Assembly: GCA_014190515.1 (NCBI GenBank)
Contig: BJGN01000001.1
Span: 1,630 to 65,629, forward strand
DNA: 64,000 nucleotides
Origin: Bacteroidota bacterium
Lineage (GTDB): Bacteria > Bacteroidota > Bacteroidia > Chitinophagales > Saprospiraceae
Direction of reading: 5' to 3'
Shown: positions 27,614 to 37,671 of the stretch, piece by piece
Layout: every line of letters starts with the position of its first letter
Numbering within the stretch: position 1 is the stretch's first letter
Translations under genes and position numbers: made by a program
Notes under the pieces: model-generated
Seen by the model: the letters and a program-made list of their open reading frames with translations, nothing else
Told to the model about the DNA's origin: nothing
The model's database searches: none

Positions 27614-28715
27614 TGGCTAAAGAAATATCCTGACCATTAAAAAGAGCGCCCATTAATTTTGGAAATTGTTGAGGAGTACTGGCAAAAGAGGGGATGCCCA
27701 TGGCTGCCAATCTACGACCATTTTTTTTATCATAAGAAGGAATTCCGTCATTGTCAATAGAAAGCAAAGAAACAAATTTCACTCCACCCGATTGTAATTT
27801 GTCAATAATTCCAAACATATTATCTGACAAATCTCCTTCAAAAAGGTCAGAGATAAGTATTATGGTAGTTTCCGCTGGGTGGGAAATGAGAGATTCACAA
27901 TATTTCAGCGCTTTGGCAATATGGGTTCCTCCGCCTAACTGGACAGAAAAAAGCAACGAAACAGGGTCCATCAACTGTTCAGTAAGGTCAATCACATCAG
28001 TATCAAAAACAACCAGATTGGTTTTAAAGGAAGGAATTCCAGCAAGTACACAAGCAATAATACTGGCATGAACAACAGAATTTGCCATTGACCCACTTTG
28101 ATCTACGGCAAGAATAAGTCTGCTTAATTTAGGAGTGTAGGCATTAAAACGGTAAAAATGTTGAGGAATGATAAGATTTTCCTTGGGTTGATAGTTTTTA
28201 AGATTCGTCAAAATGGTTCTCTTCCAATCTATTTTTCCTTTAGGAAAAGCAGATTTAGTTGAATTATTTTTAATTCGACCCCGATATGCTTGTTCCATTG
28301 GCCGCGCCAATTCCTTTTTCAATTGTTCGATCAACTTTTGAATAACAATTTTTGCTGTATCTTTTGTTTCCTCGGGTAAAACATCTTTTAATTGAAGTAA
28401 GGTAGCAACCAAGGAGACATTTACCTCCAGAGAAGCGAGCAATTCAGGTTCTAAAATCATTTGCTTTAAATCCAATCTTTCAAAAGCATCCATTTGTAAT
28501 ATTCGAACCACTGGCGTTGGGAAATATTTTCTGATATCCCCGAGCCATTTACTGATTTGTGGCGAGGAACCATTTAAAGCGCCCATATTTTCGGCATCAT
28601 AAATGGAAGCAAGCAAAGCGTCAATTTCCAACTGATTTTTATCTAGCAATGGAGACTCCTCCTGGGCTGCTTCCGCTCCTAATATTAAGCGCCAACGCTG
28701 TAAATGAGTTTCCAT
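27603..28715 (-). CDS. VWA domain protein (CoxE/YehP-like)
   Basis: N-terminal LQRWRLILG motif. MIDAS DxSxS appears as VDQSGSM, with downstream GGGTH and ILISD. Confidence 0.75.
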   Translation of the reverse strand: METHLQRWRLILGAEAAQEESPLLDKNQLEIDALLASIYDAENMGALNGSSPQISKWLGDIRKYFPTPVVRILQMDAFERLDLKQMILEPELLASLEVNVSLVATLLQLKDVLPEETKDTAKIVIQKLIEQLKKELARPMEQAYRGRIKNNSTKSAFPKGKIDWKRTILTNLKNYQPKENLIIPQHFYRFNAYTPKLSRLILAVDQSGSMANSVVHASIIACVLAGIPSFKTNLVVFDTDVIDLTEQLMDPVSLLFSVQLGGGTHIAKALKYCESLISHPAETTIILISDLFEGDLSDNMFGIIDKLQSGGVKFVSLLSIDNDGIPSYDKKNGRRLAAMGIPSFASTPQQFPKLMGALFNGQDISLATIS

Positions 28716-28804
28716 ATAATGATTTCCCTGAAATTAAAATCTTTAAATAAATAAATGCTAAGTTAAATGCTTATTTTGGGAAAAGAAACTCACTACCATT
28801 AAAG

Positions 28805-29890
28805 ATGCAAAAAGAGAATTTTCCTATTCCTAATGACAAAAAAGAGGAGGCTATTTTACAGTCTATCCATCTGAACAAGATCATTATTCCTATCATCATT
28901 GGCATTTTCACCGTAGCCTATTTGGTATGGAAACAAGTAGAATGGAAGGAACTTAAAAATATTTCATGGAATGGATTCACGCTATTTTGGGTAAGCATCG
29001 CAGTAGTTTTTCTATTTATACACCATATTTCGTATTCTTTTCGATTATATTCTCTCAGTGACAAAGAATTTAATTTTAAAAAATGTATTGAATTAATTTT
29101 TATCTGGGAATTTAGCTCTGCTGTTTCACCTACGAGCGTTGGTGGATCAGCCGTTGCCTTTTTCTTACTTGCCAAAGAAAAACTTTCTTTTGCTAAAACG
29201 GCAACTATTGTATTATATACCATTGTTTTAGATGGCTTATTCTTTTTATTTTCCATACCCATCTTGTTTTTTATTTTTGGTGGCATCATCATAAGGCCAG
29301 ATATGAAGGGATTCAGTGACCTTGGAGGTTGGGGCAATTATTTTATTTTTTCCTATTTATTCATGTTTTGTTACACCTTTTTGTTTTTCTATGGCTTATT
29401 CTTACGCCCTGTAAGAATGAAAGAACTATTATTAACCTTAACTCGTTTTTCCTTCACTAAAAAATGGAGAAATAATGCCGAGCGTGTTGGCAATGAAATA
29501 TTACTGGCAAGCAAAGAATTAAAAATAAGACCAGCCTTATGGCATTTGCGTGCCATAATAGCAACCATTGGCGCGTGGAGCACTCGTTTTTTGCTACTTC
29601 TTGCGGTAATACTGGCATTTAACCCTGAGATTTCCCGGGAAATAACAAATCTTGTTCAATTATTTGCCAGACTTGAATCGATGTTTTTAATTACTCTCTT
29701 TAGCCCTACGCCAGGAGGAGCAGGCTTTGTCGAAGTACTATTTGGAGGGTTTCTTATCGATTATATACCCAATAGTACCGTCGCTACCTTAACAGCAACC
29801 GTTTGGCGATTATTAGGCTACTATATTTACTTATTCATAGGTGCTGTAGTGGTTCCAAACTGGATTCGCAAAAACGTGCTAAACGGATAA
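28805..29890 (+). CDS. Flippase-like membrane protein (LPG_synthase_TM / UPF0104 family), no synthase domain
   Basis: About 8 TM segments and a family-typical SPTPGGAGFVE motif near the C-terminus. 361 aa. Confidence 0.6.
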   Translation: MQKENFPIPNDKKEEAILQSIHLNKIIIPIIIGIFTVAYLVWKQVEWKELKNISWNGFTLFWVSIAVVFLFIHHISYSFRLYSLSDKEFNFKKCIELIFIWEFSSAVSPTSVGGSAVAFFLLAKEKLSFAKTATIVLYTIVLDGLFFLFSIPILFFIFGGIIIRPDMKGFSDLGGWGNYFIFSYLFMFCYTFLFFYGLFLRPVRMKELLLTLTRFSFTKKWRNNAERVGNEILLASKELKIRPALWHLRAIIATIGAWSTRFLLLLAVILAFNPEISREITNLVQLFARLESMFLITLFSPTPGGAGFVEVLFGGFLIDYIPNSTVATLTATVWRLLGYYIYLFIGAVVVPNWIRKNVLNG

Positions 29891-29901
29891 ATCAGTCCTA
29901 G

Positions 29902-32900
29902 TTAAAAATCCAGACCCATGGATATATGCAAAATAGGTTTTTGAATTATTCTAGTTTCTATCCCATAGCCATAATCAGCACGCACGAAATAACCAAATAA
30001 TTTGGTTCTCAAGCCAACACCATAAGACGCAGCTATAGGATCCCGGAAATAGTTAACCGTTACAGTAATTGTTTCTCCTTCTTTATAGGTAGTGGTGTTT
30101 AATGGATTATCTGCGCGATAAGGATTAAAACCTGTCCAGGCTGAACCTACATCAAAGAATCCAACGATTTGAAAATTTCGTATCAATTGGGAAGATATAT
30201 TCTTAAAAATGTATTTGGCAACGGGAACTCTTAATTCACTATTGATAAGAAGATAATTATTTCCATTTCTGGTATTTAACTTGAAACCACGAAGATTAGC
30301 TGCCAGGGTTTGGAAGGCAAAATCCCCCGGAGGAATAGAAATTTCGTCATCTCTTTGAGGCATTAACCAATTATCAACGCCACCAAGAAAGTATAATATT
30401 TTCTCTGAACCAGCCACAGTAGCTCCAGCAATTCTGGTTGCCCAAACACTATGTTTAAGTATGGGTTGGTAAAAACGGGCATCTACGCCCAATATGCTCA
30501 TTACGCCCTTACTAAAAGTTAGCGATTGCCCGCCGTTTTCGTTAAATGAAAAGTCAAATTTCTTTACAAATTCAGCAAAAAACTTATATCTGGCACCTGA
30601 CCTTAAATTAAGTCCCTTTTCCAAAGAATTATCAAACACATATTCCAATCTGGCCCCAATCCTTGGTTGTGCAGTAACTTGCCTGGTGTAACTTGCTGCG
30701 TCAGTGGCTAATGGAACATTTTGATCTCTTCTCAAGGTTACGCTTCCCCTTAAACTTCTAAATATATCAAATGGATATCGAAGGGTAAATTGACCCAGTA
30801 ATATGTTATACCTATCTCTTTGAGGAATATATGAGTTGGCATCTGACCTATTCCTTTGATCTTTCATGTAAAAAGCCCACCTCTTATCTAATCTATGTTT
30901 TCTATTATGGTAGAGGAAGAAATATTCCGCGCCATTGAATGAGGTAGGAACCCTTATTCCTCCCTCAAATTCATGATCTTCGAACAAATCTTTTAAATTC
31001 ACTTTCATCAACATTCCAGCTGGAGGTACAGTAAAACCATCAGCCGTAGCCGCAAATTGATCTAATCCTCCAAATAATAGAGAATTATCCATTTGCGTGA
31101 CCACATAATCGGTATGAAACTGGGTTCTATACGGAATTAACTGTGTAGGTCTCAAACGATACACGGGCTTTTGAAAAGTGCTATTCCCACTCAATAAGCC
31201 AGAAGGTGTCTGGTCTGTTGGAACGGGTACAGAAGATTCTATTTTCTTTGTTGGTGCACCAAAAGGTGTTTGGAACAAATACTTTTCATCAAGAGGCTCT
31301 TCCTTCGCGTTAATCTCCGATTTTTTTGCTATTTCTCGTCCAGAGGGCGTTATATTAGGTAAGGCTAACACAGGAAGGGAGGTATTTTCCATTCCTCTAA
31401 CTTTAGCTGATTTTACCCAAACGGTTGGATCAACCAACTCACTAATAATCTGATATTTTTTTTCCCTATAGATTATAGAGTAAACATTATTGCCATTCGC
31501 GTCGTAGTGATCTAAAATATTTCTGTCAAAATTTGAATTCATACCGGTAAAGGCTCTCTTTTTATACACAGGTTCAAGATAAATGCTGTCAATAAGGGTT
31601 GTGTCAAACCCGCTGGGAATAGAATCAGCATCAAATCTCAGATGGATACCATCTTTTAAGATAACATGTCTGGTAATGTGATGAATATACGTTTCAAGAA
31701 AACCTGTTTCTCTGTTCATAATACCAGAACGGTCACTTAAAAAGGCAAAATGAGTAGTATCTATTGCTATGGGCTTTCTTTCGTTAGCAAAAGGTGTATT
31801 AGTAACTCTAACCAGTTCATTTCCCCTGTTTTCCATATCGTAATAAAAAACATCGAAAGGCTTTAAGGGAAGCAAAGTATCCCTTCTAACCGCTCTCAAA
31901 AGACTATCTTCTCTGTTGGACACAAATAAAATACCCCGCTTATTTCCAATATTTACTGCCGACGCATCTTTGTCGTCAAAATAATCATTGGTGATTCTCT
32001 GCGTTTGGCGCGTTCTTACAGAATACAGAAAAATATCGGCCTGGCTACTCACATCAGCACTAAATAAAAGTGTGAAAGGATCATAAAAATCCATACTATA
32101 AATACGTTGATATTGCTCGGCTAAAGGTTCTTTAGTTAATTTTTTTGTTTCAATATTATAGGTTCCCAGAGATAATTTGTCCTTTTTTTCAGTCAGTATG
32201 GCCAATTCTTTTCCCGATGGAGACCATGAAACCAGAGGATATTGATAATCGGTGGCTTGAAAGACATTTTTCACACCTTGTCGGTAAACAAGGGTTCTAT
32301 CTTCGCCAGACACCTCTTGCAGATAGAGCTTAATTTTACCCTTATCGTTTGTCAAATAGGTCATAAAACGCCCATTGGGAGAAATACTGACCTTTGATAT
32401 AGGAACCTGCTTTTTGTTCTTTATAGGTATGGTAGAAGGCGGTGGCATTTTCCTGGAAGCCTGGTCAGTTTCATATTTTTCAAGAAAAAAACGTTCACAT
32501 CGTAAAACTATCTCATTCAAAGAAACACCCATAACATACTGAAATCCGCCTTCAACGCTTCGATTTATTCGGGTCAGATAGAGTAAATTTGATACGGTTT
32601 TGGGCGTGTATTGTGTTCTAATAAAATACCATAGAGCGTTACCCATTAATCTGGGATTTGAGGAAGCAAGGCTGCCAAAACCCTTGAACTTTGGGTCTAA
32701 CATTTCCTCTCTAAGTGCATTATCCACGTCCGTATTCCATGGTTCACCTAAGTAGGCAACTAAACCCTGAGTAAACCAAAGAGGCAAATTTAATGAAACG
32801 GCATTTTGAATGACCTCCTGAAAATTAGCACCAAACAACATGGTATTTAGATAAACGGAGGCGATTCCCTCTCTGATTTGCTTTCTTAAATGAGAATGGT

Positions 32901-33294
32901 CACCGTCGTAATAAACAAAGAGACTATTTCCAATAATTTTAGTCTGCCCCGCTACATTGCCAAAAACTTCCTCTTGCCCTATGTTACTCTGTTTGAAGTC
33001 TGTAAGATCAGCATACACTACTATCTGCACCTTTTCATTCATCCTATGTTCTAAACTGCGCTGCACTTCATCAAAATCATATTCTGCCAATTGAACCACC
33101 GCTTCCCCAATATTCCTTGACCTACCGTACCAAAAAACAACAAAATTATCACTCTCATACTGAGACCATTCATCAAAATCACGATGATACTGGACTCTAT
33201 TTTTCCCAAATTCGACTTGCGTTCCCTGTGATAAGAGGGAAGAGGAGGAAAGTAAAAAACATACCAAACCGATAAAAAGCTGCGTATTATTCAT
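29902..33294 (-). CDS. Large outer-membrane protein: N-terminal domain, TolB-like PD40 beta-propeller repeats and a C-terminal Omp85/BamA-type barrel
   Basis: Signal peptide. PD40-like repeats ISPNGRFMTYLTNDKGKIKLY and WSPSGKELAILTEKKDKLSLGTY. The C-terminus LRGF...INSELRVPV...GFFDVGSAW...YGVGLRTKLFGYFVRADYGYG and the terminal Phe follow the bacterial surface antigen (Omp85) pattern. Confidence 0.65.
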   Translation of the reverse strand: MNNTQLFIGLVCFLLSSSSLLSQGTQVEFGKNRVQYHRDFDEWSQYESDNFVVFWYGRSRNIGEAVVQLAEYDFDEVQRSLEHRMNEKVQIVVYADLTDFKQSNIGQEEVFGNVAGQTKIIGNSLFVYYDGDHSHLRKQIREGIASVYLNTMLFGANFQEVIQNAVSLNLPLWFTQGLVAYLGEPWNTDVDNALREEMLDPKFKGFGSLASSNPRLMGNALWYFIRTQYTPKTVSNLLYLTRINRSVEGGFQYVMGVSLNEIVLRCERFFLEKYETDQASRKMPPPSTIPIKNKKQVPISKVSISPNGRFMTYLTNDKGKIKLYLQEVSGEDRTLVYRQGVKNVFQATDYQYPLVSWSPSGKELAILTEKKDKLSLGTYNIETKKLTKEPLAEQYQRIYSMDFYDPFTLLFSADVSSQADIFLYSVRTRQTQRITNDYFDDKDASAVNIGNKRGILFVSNREDSLLRAVRRDTLLPLKPFDVFYYDMENRGNELVRVTNTPFANERKPIAIDTTHFAFLSDRSGIMNRETGFLETYIHHITRHVILKDGIHLRFDADSIPSGFDTTLIDSIYLEPVYKKRAFTGMNSNFDRNILDHYDANGNNVYSIIYREKKYQIISELVDPTVWVKSAKVRGMENTSLPVLALPNITPSGREIAKKSEINAKEEPLDEKYLFQTPFGAPTKKIESSVPVPTDQTPSGLLSGNSTFQKPVYRLRPTQLIPYRTQFHTDYVVTQMDNSLLFGGLDQFAATADGFTVPPAGMLMKVNLKDLFEDHEFEGGIRVPTSFNGAEYFFLYHNRKHRLDKRWAFYMKDQRNRSDANSYIPQRDRYNILLGQFTLRYPFDIFRSLRGSVTLRRDQNVPLATDAASYTRQVTAQPRIGARLEYVFDNSLEKGLNLRSGARYKFFAEFVKKFDFSFNENGGQSLTFSKGVMSILGVDARFYQPILKHSVWATRIAGATVAGSEKILYFLGGVDNWLMPQRDDEISIPPGDFAFQTLAANLRGFKLNTRNGNNYLLINSELRVPVAKYIFKNISSQLIRNFQIVGFFDVGSAWTGFNPYRADNPLNTTTYKEGETITVTVNYFRDPIAASYGVGLRTKLFGYFVRADYGYGIETRIIQKPILHISMGLDF

Positions 33295-33348
33295 ATTGGT
33301 TGCTCTATTAAATCATTTAGAAGAAATATGAGAGTGAGGTGGTCATTC

Positions 33349-33356
33349 CAAATCTA
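33349..33356 (-). promoter_or_regulatory. -7 type promoter motif TAGATTTG on the minus strand
   Basis: Plus strand reads CAAATCTA, 55 nt upstream of the start at 33294. Confidence 0.35.
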
Positions 33357-33449
33357 ATCATTTGTACACTAAAATTAACAATTATTTACCCTATGTGTTT
33401 AATCTTTGTTACTTAACAACCTAACTTTACACAATTTAATCTATCAGAC

Positions 33450-34097
33450 ATGGCTAATGTTACCTTTTTAACTTTCAATCCGTTTCAGGAAAATACCTAC
33501 ATCGTTTATGATGAAACGGGTGAAGGTGTTATATTTGACCCGGGGTGTTCTAACGAACAGGAAAAAAATGAATTGCTTCATACCCTGGATAAATTGAAAG
33601 TAAAGCCAGTCAGACTTATAAATACCCATTGTCACATAGACCACATACTAGGTAATAAATTTGTCGCAGACCATTTTAATCTGCCCTTGGAAATACACAA
33701 AGGAGAACTTGGAATGCTCGAAAAGGGTGCCATTGTTGCCGCCCGATATGGCATTCCCTACACGGAACCATCACCCGTTGTTTCTACTTTTTTAGAGGAA
33801 GGCGATGAAATAATCTTTGGAAACAGCGTATTAAAAACCATTTTAACGCCAGGACATTCGCCTGCCAGTTTATCTTTTTACTGTGAAAAAGACCATTTTC
33901 TAATTGCCGGCGATGTGCTATTCAGAGAAAGTATCGGAAGAACCGATTTACCCGGTTGTGATCACAAATTATTAATGGAATCCATCAGGGAAAAGTTATT
34001 CAGATTACCAGAAAATACAGTAGTCTGGCCAGGACATGGAGAATTCACTACCATTGGTTATGAAAAAAAACATAATCCATTTGTTGGCATGAACTAG
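33450..34097 (+). CDS. MBL-fold metallo-hydrolase (glyoxalase II-like)
   Basis: HCHIDH (HxHxDH), TPGHSP, GDVLF; 215 aa. Confidence 0.8.
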   Translation: MANVTFLTFNPFQENTYIVYDETGEGVIFDPGCSNEQEKNELLHTLDKLKVKPVRLINTHCHIDHILGNKFVADHFNLPLEIHKGELGMLEKGAIVAARYGIPYTEPSPVVSTFLEEGDEIIFGNSVLKTILTPGHSPASLSFYCEKDHFLIAGDVLFRESIGRTDLPGCDHKLLMESIREKLFRLPENTVVWPGHGEFTTIGYEKKHNPFVGMN

Positions 34098-34786
34098 TAT
34101 TCATTGACTACTTCTCCGGCCATTACTTTTTTAATGGTTTTCTTCACCGGCGTGCCATAATAGGTTACATTTCCTCCAGTGTTTGAATGTATGTCAAGCT
34201 CTGTAATAGCTTTGACCAGAATTCTTGCGCCCGTTGAAGAGACCACGTAAGCCCGGTCTACCTCCAATTTCTTACCGTCTATCATTCCTCCCGTTGCCGC
34301 CGTTAATTGACCAGATTCTACTTTACCACTCAACATTAGACTTGCACCTGATGAGCAAGAAGCTTTTAAAGATTTAACATTAACATCAATAGAAATTTTT
34401 GCACCACTCGATACGTCCAAATCCAGTTTGTCTCCATTCAAAGTCTCTTCTTTTGTAACAATGGCACCGGCAGATGCTGAAATTTCATATAAATCTTTAT
34501 GATAGATAATTATATTTATTTCAATATTTTTATTTTTGAATGCGTTCAATGCATTTATTTTAAGCACACCTCCTTTCACATTTACACCAATATCTTCGAC
34601 TTCTATTCCCTTTGTTTCAATAATTACTTCCTCTTTATCAGCGATTTTAAGTTCAACATTCAAACGTCCTGTCAACACAATTTCCGAAAAAGATTCCAAT
34701 GAAATAGCTTTTTGAGCAGACAGGGAATTTACAAAGGACCATGCCAGGAGACAAAACAAATAAGAAAATAGGCGAGATTGTTTCAT
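34094..34786 (-). CDS. DUF2807 / head-GIN domain secreted protein
   Basis: Signal peptide. Repeated beta-helix-like units SASAGAIV, VSSGAKISI, CSSGASLML, ATGGMIDG, SSTGARILV, and a terminal NTGGNVTYYGTP typical of DUF2807. Confidence 0.6.
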   Translation of the reverse strand: MKQSRLFSYLFCLLAWSFVNSLSAQKAISLESFSEIVLTGRLNVELKIADKEEVIIETKGIEVEDIGVNVKGGVLKINALNAFKNKNIEINIIIYHKDLYEISASAGAIVTKEETLNGDKLDLDVSSGAKISIDVNVKSLKASCSSGASLMLSGKVESGQLTAATGGMIDGKKLEVDRAYVVSSTGARILVKAITELDIHSNTGGNVTYYGTPVKKTIKKVMAGEVVNEY

Positions 34787-34806
34787 TGTATTAATGTGTT
34801 TTAATG

Positions 34807-34814
34807 TACTTTTG
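34807..34814 (+). promoter_or_regulatory. -7 type promoter motif TACTTTTG
   Basis: Exact TAnnTTTG match 39 nt upstream of the ATG at 34853. Confidence 0.45.
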
Positions 34815-34852
34815 CAACGCTTTTTTAGTTTATTTTGTTTAAAACCAATCCA

Positions 34853-36418
34853 ATGGCACAGGAAATAGTTGATTTATTTAAAAAAATCACAGGACACGCA
34901 AAGGAATATGGATTTATTTATCCTTCAAGTGAAATTTATGATGGCCTGAGTGCCGTATATGATTATGGTCCAAATGGTGTAGAACTAAAAAATAATATTA
35001 AGCAATATTGGTGGGCAGCAATGGTTCAAATGCAGGAAAATATTGTAGGCTTGGATTCCGCTATTTTCATGCACCCGAAAATTTGGAAAGCATCCGGACA
35101 TGTTGACGCTTTTAATGACCCTCTCGTAGATAATAAGGACAGTAAAAAAAGATATCGTGCCGATGTTTTAATTGAAGATCAAATAGATAAATATATCGCA
35201 AAAGCTGATAAAGAGGTTGAAAAAGCAATAAAGCGCTTTGGTGAAAATTTTGATGAAGCGTTGTTCAGAAAAACAAACGAAAGAGTTTTAGCCAATATGG
35301 AAAAAGCAACGAATTTAGCTACCCGGCTTGCTAATGCAATGCGAGAAGGGAATATGGCTGAATTGGGGGCTATTCTCGCCGATGAGGAAATTACCGATCC
35401 TGATAATGGTTCTAAGAACTGGACAGAGGTAAGGCAATTTAATCTCATGTTTTATACTCAATTGGGAAACATCTCCGGCGAAGAGGGTAAATTATACCTC
35501 AGACCTGAAACGGCTCAGGGGATTTTTGTAAACTTCCTAAACGTTCAAAAAACAACCAGACAGAAAGTTCCTTTTGGTATAGCTCAAATTGGAAAAGCCT
35601 TTAGAAATGAGATTGTCGCCAGGCAATTTATTTTCCGAATGAGAGAGTTTGAACAAATGGAAATGCAATTTTTCATCCGCCCGGGTGAGGAAATGACATG
35701 GTATGACACCTGGAAGAGATTCAGAATGCAATGGCATTTAGCGCTGGGAACCCCTCAGGATAAATTGCGATTTAAAGACCACGATAATCTGGCTCATTAT
35801 GCCAATGCTGCGGTCGATATTCAGTTTGAGTTTCCTTTTGGCTTCAGAGAGCTGGAAGGAATACACTCCCGTACCGATTTTGACTTAAAAAGCCATCAAG
35901 AATTATCAGGTAAAAAATTACAGTATTTTGATCCTGAACTTAATGAAAGTTATACGCCCTACGTAGTTGAAACGTCTATTGGTTGCGACCGTATGTTTCT
36001 GGCCATGTTGTCAAATGCTTATTGCGAAGAAGTTATTCCCGATGCCGACGGCAAGGAATCAACCAGGGTAGTTCTAACATTGCACCCAGCGTTAGCGCCT
36101 GTTAAAATTGCCATTTTACCCCTATTGAAAAATAAGGAGGAACTAACCACCGCCGCAAAAACGATTTACAATAAACTAAAGAAAGAATTCTCTTGTCAAT
36201 ATGACGAAAAAGATGCCATCGGTCGTCGTTACAGACGCCAGGATGCCATCGGCACTCCTTTTTGCCTAACCGTTGATTTTGACACCCTTGAAAATGGCAC
36301 AATTACGCTTCGCGATAGGGATACCTTAAAGCAAGAGCGATTAACCGTTGCCCAGGTTGAGGATATTGTAAGATCAAAAGTTTCTTTGGCAAAACTTCTT
36401 GAGGGATTAAATTTGTGA
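34853..36418 (+). CDS. glyQS: Glycine--tRNA ligase (dimeric class II type)
   Basis: YPSSEIYDGLSAVYDYGPNGVELKNN, motif 2 FRNEIVARQFIFRMREFEQMEMQFF, motif 3 region GCDRMFLAML, and a C-terminal anticodon-binding domain. The track start at 34835 is a TTG; the ATG at 34853 is preferred. Confidence 0.9.
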   Translation: MAQEIVDLFKKITGHAKEYGFIYPSSEIYDGLSAVYDYGPNGVELKNNIKQYWWAAMVQMQENIVGLDSAIFMHPKIWKASGHVDAFNDPLVDNKDSKKRYRADVLIEDQIDKYIAKADKEVEKAIKRFGENFDEALFRKTNERVLANMEKATNLATRLANAMREGNMAELGAILADEEITDPDNGSKNWTEVRQFNLMFYTQLGNISGEEGKLYLRPETAQGIFVNFLNVQKTTRQKVPFGIAQIGKAFRNEIVARQFIFRMREFEQMEMQFFIRPGEEMTWYDTWKRFRMQWHLALGTPQDKLRFKDHDNLAHYANAAVDIQFEFPFGFRELEGIHSRTDFDLKSHQELSGKKLQYFDPELNESYTPYVVETSIGCDRMFLAMLSNAYCEEVIPDADGKESTRVVLTLHPALAPVKIAILPLLKNKEELTTAAKTIYNKLKKEFSCQYDEKDAIGRRYRRQDAIGTPFCLTVDFDTLENGTITLRDRDTLKQERLTVAQVEDIVRSKVSLAKLLEGLNL

Positions 36419-36426
36419 GTAACTCC

Positions 36427-37671
36427 TTAACCTTGTGATGTAATAATGAGGTCGAGATTAGTCGCTTTCATGTCAAATCTTTCACCAAGATAAGCATTAC
36501 ACAAATAACCGTTATAGGTATAAACCCCGTGACGTAATCCAGGATTATTGAACAACCAGGATTCGATGCCCCCTGCGGAGGCTGCATGCAATAAAATGGG
36601 TGTAAGTATGTTACTTATTGCCATAGATGCTGTTCTTGGTACTCTTGACGTAATATTTGGCACGCAATAGTGAATTACACCATATTTAATGAAGGAAGGC
36701 GACTGCAAAGTGGTAACCTCTGAGGTAGCAAAACAGCCACCCTGGTCTATACTAACATCGATAATTACAGCACCAGGCTTCATTTTTTGTATCATTTCCT
36801 CACTCACAATAACAGGGGTTCGCCCCGATTTTGAGTGTATAGCTCCAATAACAACATCAGCGGAAACCAATTCTTCCTGCAAATAAATTGGATTGAGTGA
36901 AGAGGTATATAATTGCCTGCCGACCTGATTTTGGAGGCGCTTCAATTTATAAATATCGTTATCAAAAATCCTCACTTCAGCGCCCAGACCGATGGCTACT
37001 CTGGAAGCGTATTCAGCCACCACACCTGCACCTAAAATAACCACTTTGGCGCTTGGAACCCCTGAAATACCGCCCAAAAGTACGCCATTACCCCCTGCAT
37101 TCACTGAAAGTAGTTCAGCTGCGGTAAGCATAGCTTCAATACCTGCCATTTCGCTCATGATACTCACCAGGGGAAAAGTATCAGACTCATCCTTTATATA
37201 TTCCATGGCCAGAGCCAGCACCCTTTTTTGTCTTAACTTGTGAAAATAGGTAGCACTTAAAGTAGGCATCTGTAAGGGAGATATAAGAATTTGATTGGCA
37301 AACATCAAATCGATTTCCTCATTAGTGGGAGGAGCTGCCTTTAAAATGACGGCCGCTTTGTAAACCTGTTCTCTATTTTCCGCAATTTCTGCTCCAGCTT
37401 CAGCATAATCTCTATCTGTAAAATGAGCTTTTAATCCTGCACCTCTTTCAATAATAACTTGGTGACCCTGAGCCACCAGGGTTGCTACGGAGGCGGGTAC
37501 CAGAGGAACTCTGTTTTCCTGAAGTGTACTCTCCAGTGGAATACCAAAAAAAAGTTTATCGAGTTTCGCCGATTTCATTACCATTTCTTCCTGGGTATAA
37601 AATTGCTTTCCCATTAATTCTTTGGGCATCGGAATATTTGTACCTAATGGTTTTTTAATGTCATCACTCAT
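36427..37671 (-). CDS. AlaDH/PNT-family dehydrogenase (alanine dehydrogenase-like) with an N-terminal extension of about 40 aa
   Basis: ENRVPLVP, ILKAAPP, ATYFHKL, Rossmann VVILGAGVVAEYASRVAIGLGAEVRIFD. 414 aa. Confidence 0.65.
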   Translation of the reverse strand: MSDDIKKPLGTNIPMPKELMGKQFYTQEEMVMKSAKLDKLFFGIPLESTLQENRVPLVPASVATLVAQGHQVIIERGAGLKAHFTDRDYAEAGAEIAENREQVYKAAVILKAAPPTNEEIDLMFANQILISPLQMPTLSATYFHKLRQKRVLALAMEYIKDESDTFPLVSIMSEMAGIEAMLTAAELLSVNAGGNGVLLGGISGVPSAKVVILGAGVVAEYASRVAIGLGAEVRIFDNDIYKLKRLQNQVGRQLYTSSLNPIYLQEELVSADVVIGAIHSKSGRTPVIVSEEMIQKMKPGAVIIDVSIDQGGCFATSEVTTLQSPSFIKYGVIHYCVPNITSRVPRTASMAISNILTPILLHAASAGGIESWLFNNPGLRHGVYTYNGYLCNAYLGERFDMKATNLDLIITSQG

